Translations under genes and position numbers: made by a program | Assembly: GCA_945889315.1 (NCBI GenBank) | Contig: CAMDBP010000003.1 | Span: 326-64,325, forward strand | Reading direction: 5' to 3' | DNA length: 64,000 bases | From: Chitinophaga pinensis | Lineage (GTDB): Bacteria; Bacteroidota; Bacteroidia; NS11-12g; UBA9320 | Part shown: positions 9,722 through 16,215 of the stretch, piece after piece | Layout: each line of letters starts with the position of its first letter | How positions within the stretch are numbered: the stretch's first letter is position 1 | Notes under the pieces: generated by a model | Databases searched by the model: none | What the model was told of the DNA's origin: nothing | The model's input: the letters and a program-made list of their open reading frames with translations, nothing else

Positions 9722-11164
9722 TTATTTTATCTCTAATACTTCAACATTTGCATTTCCTTTCAAAGAAAATAAACAGAATATGCGATCGGGTTGTGGTATG
9801 AGGGCTTTTATTTCCAATGTATTTACCACACCAGATAATTTAACCCCTTTTGTAATCTCAATTTTATCCTTTAATAATTTGTTTGCAATTTTCTTTTGTT
9901 CTTCAATCGCTTTTCCTACCTCGAACTGAAGTTTTGTGAGTACGTTAGTGTAAACAATCTTATTCGCAAGGGCTTGTACTGAAATGTTAAATAATCCGCT
10001 TTCGGTTTTTGAATCTAGTTTGTAGGATGTAACATAAAGTTTTTTTTGCATAGTATCATAACCCAGTTTCGCATGGAGAAAAATAGGTACTATTTCTCTT
10101 TTAAAAATAGTTCGATAGATTTTGGTTTTGAACCCAAGAACAATATCGTAGTCCGTTTCCTTGCTACCATAAATCTCTACATCTAAAATAGTAGCATATT
10201 TTTTTTTCTTGCCATTCTTCTTTTTTACTTCTATAGTTTCTCCAATTAATTTTTCTTTGGCTGTTTTGTCTAACATGGTGTAGGGTAGGTTAATAGGCAG
10301 ATTTAGTTCAATGTTATTGTTTTTATTAGTTGGATTTTTGACCAAGTTGGGCAGTGGTATATTGATTTTCCATTTCGCTGAATCAGCAGAATTTCCTGTT
10401 GTTGCATAGAAGTTTAAACCAATTCCTGTTTTTGCATAGCCATTCTCAAAAAAGAGGTCTTTGTACAGTATTTCTTTGGGTTTGATCAACAAATAGAAAT
10501 CATCACTAACCTTGTAAGGAACTTGAACTTTCTTCCAAATTTCGGTAACCTGTTTCTTTATACCAATCTTGTTTAGTTCAGAGTTAATATTCTGAGTAAC
10601 TTCTTGTTCAAAATCGTTCCAACCAAAAGTTCTCAATATGCCGGTTACATTAATCTGAGCACATTCTACATTATCTATTTCTGTCTTTAATTTGCTAGTT
10701 GAGGTTATGGTAAAGTCCGAATTGAGCGATGCCTGTATTGAAATAGAAGCATTACCACTAATATCGTTGCAATCTAGTCTGGCCCAAGGAGAGCATCCAT
10801 TGCCTAACGAGTTACTCCAACAGGTTCTTTTTTTAATATAGCCGTTACCTCCTGTTAACCTTGCAAAATGTGTGATATTGGTCCCATTAAACTTCGTTTC
10901 TTTATCTATGATATTGATACTAATATTTAACTCCTGGGCACTACTGTTATCGATAATTTGCTGACTCGTTGGCGTCGCATTGTCAACAAGAGTTTTCAAA
11001 TAAGTTTGATTTACCTTTATCGGAATAAAAACACTGCTCGGCATTAGTTTGAAGGTAGACTCAGTTGTAACTGAATCAGGTTTCTCCATTTTTTTAATTT
11101 TTTGACCGTAAGAGGGGCAAAAAAACAAGAACAGAATAAACGAGGTACTAATTATCTTTTTCAT
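9722..11164 (-). CDS. secreted protein, possibly DUF4403 family
   Basis: Signal peptide MKKIISTSFILFLFFCPSYGQ. Size and composition resemble DUF4403, but the family call is from memory only. Confidence 0.5.
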   Translation of the reverse strand: MKKIISTSFILFLFFCPSYGQKIKKMEKPDSVTTESTFKLMPSSVFIPIKVNQTYLKTLVDNATPTSQQIIDNSSAQELNISINIIDKETKFNGTNITHFARLTGGNGYIKKRTCWSNSLGNGCSPWARLDCNDISGNASISIQASLNSDFTITSTSKLKTEIDNVECAQINVTGILRTFGWNDFEQEVTQNINSELNKIGIKKQVTEIWKKVQVPYKVSDDFYLLIKPKEILYKDLFFENGYAKTGIGLNFYATTGNSADSAKWKINIPLPNLVKNPTNKNNNIELNLPINLPYTMLDKTAKEKLIGETIEVKKKNGKKKKYATILDVEIYGSKETDYDIVLGFKTKIYRTIFKREIVPIFLHAKLGYDTMQKKLYVTSYKLDSKTESGLFNISVQALANKIVYTNVLTKLQFEVGKAIEEQKKIANKLLKDKIEITKGVKLSGVVNTLEIKALIPQPDRIFCLFSLKGNANVEVLEIK

Positions 11165-11172
11165 TTTATGTT

Positions 11173-11552
11173 GTGATTATGGATGGGTTTTACAGTCTTT
11201 GGTATTGTCTCTAAGCGCAACACAATCCCAATCTCCTATGGCACAAAATCCCATTACCAATACCACACAAAACGGATGAATGTACTACAAAGAAAGACGC
11301 AAAATTAATATGAGCTGTGGCTAACAGAGGAATTTTTAATACCGCCAAAAATAAATAAATCAAGATTACTAAAAAGTTTTTTTTACCATGGTAGCGAAAA
11401 GCCATGGCAAAGGCGGTTTTTTTAGAAAAAAAAGTAGCGCTATCGCAATGTACGAGTAGTTGCGAGAAAACGAAACGCTGCAATGGTGAGCATAATCTAG
11501 TTTATTTTTACCTCACTTTTATTCAGTCTCAGTGTCTTTTCTCAACGTCGAA
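11173..11552. repeat. copy A of a ~380-bp diverged direct repeat (divergent intergenic module)
   Basis: Colinear with 13084-13462. Shared blocks are GTGATTAT, TTTACAGTC, GGCACAAAATCC, AAAAATAAATAAATCA, AAAAAGTTTTTTTT and CTTTTCTCAA.GTCGA. Confidence 0.85.
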
Positions 11553-11677
11553 GGTCGGCATGCACCAAAGGTTTAATTGAAACGTTGCACGATGCAACTT
11601 TTGAATTGGTTCGTGAGGACTCGAACCCAGCAGTTGAATACGAACTTTTGAATCGGTTCATGTCCACACGAACCTAG
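11486..11677 (+). pseudogene. decayed paralog of the 5' end of the HNH gene (signal-peptide region) with an in-frame TAG
   Basis: VSII*FIFTSLLFSLSVFSQ aligns codon-for-codon with MRKIYLILTLLLLSLSGFSQ of the HNH gene. The TAG at 11498-11500 sits where copy B has TAT. Confidence 0.45.
11596..11674. repeat. tandem 47-nt repeat (x2), each unit carrying a GGTTC(G/A)-N8-CGAACC hairpin
   Basis: 11596-11627 and 11643-11674 match at 26 of 32 positions. It lies immediately 3' of the amidohydrolase stop codon. Confidence 0.7.
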
Positions 11678-13068
11678 GAGTTAGCATTAACCGTTTCGTA
11701 TGAAAGTTTTAAATAATTTAGCACGTTTGTTTTTAATAGATCATTTAGTAAACCTTTTGTTTCCTCTACAAAGTTTTGTTGATCTTTGAATAAATCCGAA
11801 AGAGGAAGTATCACCCAGAAGTCCGTGCCAAATAATGACCTTTCTTTCATAAGATTGCCGTTCACATCGTCTTTATCTAATTTTTTCTTAAAATTTTTTA
11901 TCGCAGTATGTGACTCAAGATTAAATGAAAAATCAGCGTATAGATTATCATATTTAGCCATCATTTCAAAAATTTCAGTTATTCGATGTGAGGTAGCAGG
12001 GTCGTTTTCCCAAGCTGCACCACCTCCATAGTGTCCTAAACAAAGTCTTAAATTTCTATACTCATTCAGAACGTATTCCCATTCTTTCGGCTCGTTAAGT
12101 TTTCTAGCACGATGCTTTCTTTCGTAATCTTTAATTTCAACCTGTTCACCTAGTCGATTGGCATAAATAGGATTTTCAAATGTAGATACTATTTCTCCCC
12201 CACAATGTGTCATAACTGGTATATTCTTTTCTGCACACATTTTAAATATGGGCATTAAACGAATATCAGAAGGCAAATAACCGAGTGCAGGATAGCATTT
12301 TACTCCAAAAAACTGTGGATTATTTTGGTCAAATGCCTCAATAAATACCTCATAGAGATTTTCTCTTCTTGGGTCTATTGGAAGAAAGGGCAAAACAGGA
12401 TGGTTTTTTGAAAGCAAAGCAAGTTCGGCATTTTGTTCTTCCCAAGTTTTTGGAACACTGTCCTCCCAACCACTATTTAAATCCATACCTAAGGCAATTG
12501 TTAACAGTTTTTTGTTTCCTCCGTCACGATTGTTTAGCACTTGGTGGATTGCATAGTTCTGCTCAAATGCCTTATAAACGTTTTCCATACTGCCACTTCG
12601 CAGCAGTTGAATAATTATTCTATATCTTTTAACAAATTCAATAGGGTTAAAGCCATGTATACTTTTCATTGATTCTGCTTCAAGCTCCATTTGGTCAAGT
12701 TCCTTATCCATACGGTCAAGAGCAGTTGGCAAGTCCTTATCTGTTATAATTTCTGGATTTTTATAAATCATTTCAATCATTTCATCACCTTGTAGAAGAG
12801 ATTTTTCTTCCGGATACTGATTCCCTGTTACCAATTTCCATATCCGCGCTCTAAGCACTCCAAATGCACCAGCAACCATTCTAGCTGCCAAATACTTTAC
12901 GTTTATACAGTCTCCATCAAATACATGACAGTATGCATCAAAAACATAATTATCTTCAGCAATGATGTTTTTTACAATTGGGCTCAGTCTTGTTTGAGGG
13001 TCATTGCTAATAGAGGTCATTGCTTTCTCTATAAAAGCTAATTGTTCGTTTGTGAAATTCATGTTCAT
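11674..13068 (-). CDS. amidohydrolase-fold (TIM-barrel metal-dependent hydrolase, Amidohydrolase_2-like) protein, cytoplasmic
   Basis: Strand-end motifs DAYCHVF, FGVKCYPALGY, VMTHCGG, LGHYGGG and FGTDFW. No signal peptide. Confidence 0.65.
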   Translation of the reverse strand: MNMNFTNEQLAFIEKAMTSISNDPQTRLSPIVKNIIAEDNYVFDAYCHVFDGDCINVKYLAARMVAGAFGVLRARIWKLVTGNQYPEEKSLLQGDEMIEMIYKNPEIITDKDLPTALDRMDKELDQMELEAESMKSIHGFNPIEFVKRYRIIIQLLRSGSMENVYKAFEQNYAIHQVLNNRDGGNKKLLTIALGMDLNSGWEDSVPKTWEEQNAELALLSKNHPVLPFLPIDPRRENLYEVFIEAFDQNNPQFFGVKCYPALGYLPSDIRLMPIFKMCAEKNIPVMTHCGGEIVSTFENPIYANRLGEQVEIKDYERKHRARKLNEPKEWEYVLNEYRNLRLCLGHYGGGAAWENDPATSHRITEIFEMMAKYDNLYADFSFNLESHTAIKNFKKKLDKDDVNGNLMKERSLFGTDFWVILPLSDLFKDQQNFVEETKGLLNDLLKTNVLNYLKLSYETVNANS

Positions 13069-13083
13069 TTTTTAAGTCAAAGT

Positions 13084-13462
13084 GTGATTATATATGTCTT
13101 TTACAGTCGTTTACATTACAGCTAACCTTAACCCATCCCCAATTCATTAAGGCACAAAATCCTATTACCAAAACCATTTTAAACGGGTGTAGGTAAGACT
13201 AAGAATGACGTAAAAGGAGCATGAGCTATGGCTAATGGCAGAGTTTTCATAATACCAAAAATAAATAAATCACCGTAAAAAAAAAGTTTTTTTTCAGCAG
13301 TGCAGAAAAGCCACGGCAAAGACAGTTTTTTTTAGCACAAAAGTATCTCTATCCCAATTTAAGATGTAGTTTTGAGAAAAGAAAACGCAGGAATTTTGAG
13401 AAAAATATATTTAATCTTAACACTACTTTTATTAAGCCTAAGTGGCTTTTCTCAAAGTCGAT
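13084..13462. repeat. copy B of the ~380-bp diverged direct repeat
   Basis: See copy A. The offset is 1911 nt at both GTGATTAT and GGCACAAAATCC, and 1910 nt at the right end. Confidence 0.85.
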
Positions 13463-13806
13463 ACATTTCAGAAACAATAAAAAAAGTTGTATTCTCAAGG
13501 GATGGTGGTGTCTGCCAATGCTGTGGTAGTTCGCAAAGCATAGAATATGATCATATTATGCCGTTCTCATGTGGCGGCCAAAGTGTGGTTTCTAATATTC
13601 AATTACTATGTATGACATGCAATCGTAGCAAATCAAATAGTTGCTATTGTAAAACACACAATCGGAAAGTAGGCACGAATTGTTGTGATAAGAACACCAC
13701 TAAAAAGCCAACATCTACCTCTTCGCAATGCACAGGCACTACCCAAAAAGGAGCCAGGTGCAGGAATAGAACTACAAACTCTAGCGGGCGCTGTTATTTA
13801 CATTGA
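13396..13806 (+). CDS. HNH (His-Me finger) endonuclease with N-terminal Sec signal peptide and Cys-rich C-terminal tail
   Basis: CQCCG...EYDHIMP...NIQLLCMTCNRSKS is an HNH core with CxxC pairs. The TTG at 13396 gives a canonical signal peptide (MRKIYLILTLLLLSLSGFSQ). The ORF-track start is the TTG at 13372. Confidence 0.8.
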   Translation: MRKIYLILTLLLLSLSGFSQSRYISETIKKVVFSRDGGVCQCCGSSQSIEYDHIMPFSCGGQSVVSNIQLLCMTCNRSKSNSCYCKTHNRKVGTNCCDKNTTKKPTSTSSQCTGTTQKGARCRNRTTNSSGRCYLH

Positions 13807-13832
13807 TAATTCACTAACCTATTTAAAAAGGA

Positions 13833-14072
13833 ATGAGCAAGACTATATTATTTGCAATAGATAAGAATACAGAAGAAATAATCGTTTCAGAATCTCCCAA
13901 AGGAAGTACCACCGTACATTTCATTGAACGTATTCGTCATCAAGATAATGAGATACTGTTTAATGCCGTTGCGACTTTAACGAGCATTAGTAAATCTCCT
14001 GATTTTGATATGGGCATTTTTAAGGCAATGGATAAGGTTTGCCAAATGATCTACCTAAAACACATAGAATGA
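13833..14072 (+). CDS. 79-aa hypothetical cytoplasmic protein (candidate nuclease inhibitor/immunity)
   Basis: ATG start 27 nt after the HNH stop, and no signal peptide. The function is inferred from position only. Confidence 0.45.
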   Translation: MSKTILFAIDKNTEEIIVSESPKGSTTVHFIERIRHQDNEILFNAVATLTSISKSPDFDMGIFKAMDKVCQMIYLKHIE

Positions 14073-14139
14073 TTCATCGCACATATACTACCTCTCAGGG
14101 CATAATAGCCGCAATGTGGAGTAGCGCATGACGTGACAG

Positions 14140-14475
14140 TTAAAACATTAAATGTTTTTTGGATGTGTCAACCCATCCTGCTTGTGATTTGTATTTAACG
14201 AAAAATATTTTTAGCTCACATTGGCTTTCATAGTCTACGAAGAATATCTTTTTGTCTGCTTGGCTATCGTAGGACACAAAACTCCATAAGCCAGCATTCC
14301 CCTCAGCTTGATTCACATAATCTACCTTGTAAACCTTTAGGTCGCATTGTGATTCATACTTGACAACAAATACTTTAATATACGCCTGACTTGGGTACTT
14401 AACGCTAAATACCTTTTGCGAATATCCTGCTAACGATAGCATGGTAAATAGGATTACGGATATAGTCTTTTTCAT
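14140..14475 (-). CDS. small secreted protein built of six ~13-aa V-x-Y-x-SQA repeats
   Basis: Signal peptide, then VKYPSQAYIKVFV / VKYESQCDLKVYK / VDYVNQAEGNAGLWSF / VSYDSQADKKIFF / VDYESQCELKIFF / VKYKSQAGW. Confidence 0.7.
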   Translation of the reverse strand: MKKTISVILFTMLSLAGYSQKVFSVKYPSQAYIKVFVVKYESQCDLKVYKVDYVNQAEGNAGLWSFVSYDSQADKKIFFVDYESQCELKIFFVKYKSQAGWVDTSKKHLMF

Positions 14476-14611
14476 TTTAATCTTTAGTTGAGTTTTAGTG
14501 TAATACTTCTGTTTTGCTAAATTCTGCTTTCGGATAGGATTACAAATGGGAGGTAGGATGTTATTTCGCCATTTTTACCAATTTGGTTGCAATCTTCCAT
14601 GCATAAGTCAT

Positions 14612-15247
14612 TTACTTTATTTTACAATCCAAGTCAAGGTCGTCCATGTACTTTGTAACATAGCTCAAAGCTTCTTTTCGCATGTCCATTTTTAAGCTAG
14701 CATTATTTTTAAAAACACTAAATATTTTAGCAGCATAACAGTACTCGTTAAAAGCCACTAGACCTTGCGCTTTTATAAGGTTGTAAATCATATTCACCGC
14801 AAAACTATCGGGATATTTACGCAGTGTTTCATTTGCAATTTCAAAGGCGTCAGTAACATCAAAATAATTATCCATGGCCTTCATATAGGCAAAACATAGT
14901 AGTTCGTCTCTTGTTGCATTCCATTTAAAAGCCATATAGTCACTTTCAAATTCTGACATGTATTTTTTCTTATTTATTACTTTTGTTAAATACATTTCAC
15001 TAAGCATTAGTCCTTTGTGTTGCCAACCTATGGCGTTAATTATGGCCAATTTAACATCCAAAGGGTTGGAGTCATCTATCATAAATTCCATCATTCCATT
15101 GGTAATTTGACCATTTGAGTGCATTGCTTCCAGAACCATTGGCACATCTAGGTAGGCTTTGTAAAAATCTGTTGAGGTGAGCGGTGAATCTGCATAAGTA
15201 AAATGTGACAATAATATACTCAGCGTGATTATGAAGATTTTTTTCAT
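14612..15247 (-). CDS. secreted hypothetical protein (211 aa)
   Basis: Signal peptide MKKIFIITLSILLSHFTYA. No recognisable motif. Confidence 0.6.
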   Translation of the reverse strand: MKKIFIITLSILLSHFTYADSPLTSTDFYKAYLDVPMVLEAMHSNGQITNGMMEFMIDDSNPLDVKLAIINAIGWQHKGLMLSEMYLTKVINKKKYMSEFESDYMAFKWNATRDELLCFAYMKAMDNYFDVTDAFEIANETLRKYPDSFAVNMIYNLIKAQGLVAFNEYCYAAKIFSVFKNNASLKMDMRKEALSYVTKYMDDLDLDCKIK

Positions 15248-15575
15248 TTTATGTTTTAATGTTCCTTACCAAAAATACACCTCATTTCAAACAAAAACAA
15301 TATCTAAATTATCAAAGAATCTCTTTAAGAAGTATTTACCGTATTGTTTACAGTAAAACACGTCTAGATTAGAGACTTTCTTTAAGCACTAACCAAAAAA
15401 CAGTACTTCTAAAAAATGAAAAAAAAGTGATAATCCTTAGGACTTTTTAGGTTTAGTGTGCAATGGAGTAGCGAAGCTCGTTTAGCGTCTTGTGAGAGGC
15501 CCTTCCTGCTTTAATTAGCTGGGCGGTGTACTCGATTGCCACAATATAGTTAGACAACACTACGTTTAATCGAAT

Positions 15576-16127
15576 ATGAAATTATTTAAAATTATATTCA
15601 ACTTCTCTTTAATTTTGAGTAGTACTATGGTCAAAGCTCAGATACTTAAAAATCAAATGCTGTCAGTTGGTGCTCTACATCAGCAAATTCTTGACAACCC
15701 TAATTCATTTTTTACGGGTCCCAACATATCATTGATAGATAATCGTTATGCCATAAATGCTGGCGCCTTAATAGCAAACAATAGGGGCGGGAGTAAATTA
15801 TTTGTCAGTGCAGATTATCACATATTGAGATGGCATCATGCCTATATGGCGCATCGTTTTACTCCGGTGCTAGGAGCACAAGTAGTGCTAACGGATATAA
15901 AGAATGAAATAGGCGAGAATGCTTCTTCACAGCGAGTAGCTCTTTTTCCAAAAGCGGGAGTTAAAGCTAGTTATGACCGTTTTACTGTTGATGTTTTTTA
16001 TCTTAAAAATAACCTTGAAAAACAATTACAACTGGGTGTATCCTATGTTTTATGGGTAGGCCCGCATTGTACCATGAAGCGATTAAAAGAAGTAAGACCT
16101 TCGTGGGATACCAAACTAAATTTTTGA
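15576..16127 (+). CDS. small outer-membrane beta-barrel-like protein
   Basis: Signal peptide, alternating hydrophobic strands, and a C-terminal ...KLNF. Confidence 0.5.
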   Translation: MKLFKIIFNFSLILSSTMVKAQILKNQMLSVGALHQQILDNPNSFFTGPNISLIDNRYAINAGALIANNRGGSKLFVSADYHILRWHHAYMAHRFTPVLGAQVVLTDIKNEIGENASSQRVALFPKAGVKASYDRFTVDVFYLKNNLEKQLQLGVSYVLWVGPHCTMKRLKEVRPSWDTKLNF

Positions 16128-16166
16128 GTGGGGAAACAACTCAAAGTAATTCACTCTAATTGGGTT

Positions 16167-16189
16167 GGGCTTATGTTCGGCCCTTTTTT
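16167..16189 (+). terminator. rho-independent terminator
   Basis: GGGCT-tatgttc-GGCCC followed by T6, 40 nt after the stop at 16127. Confidence 0.5.
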
Positions 16190-16215
16190 ATGTTTTAGTT
16201 TTTAATTTTCCTTTC

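Noticed and set aside
10199-10207. T9 (A9 on the coding strand, KKKK) homopolymer inside the DUF4403-like gene, and T8/A8-A9 tracts in the repeat copies; considered phase-variation sites
   Set aside because: The tracts are short for slipped-strand switching, and no alternative frame yields an obvious product. There is no evidence without population or read data.
11211-11483. 90-aa minus-strand ORF inside repeat copy A, with a hydrophobic segment
   Set aside because: The homologous stretch of copy B has stops and a frameshift in the same frame. The nucleotide conservation is therefore not due to this ORF, and it is most likely a chance ORF in AT-rich DNA.
11608-11627. GGACTCGAACC-containing segment that looked like the T-arm of a tRNA fragment (a possible att site)
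   Set aside because: The flanking bases do not form a T-stem or an acceptor stem. The structure is simply a GGTTCG-N8-CGAACC hairpin and is part of a tandem repeat.
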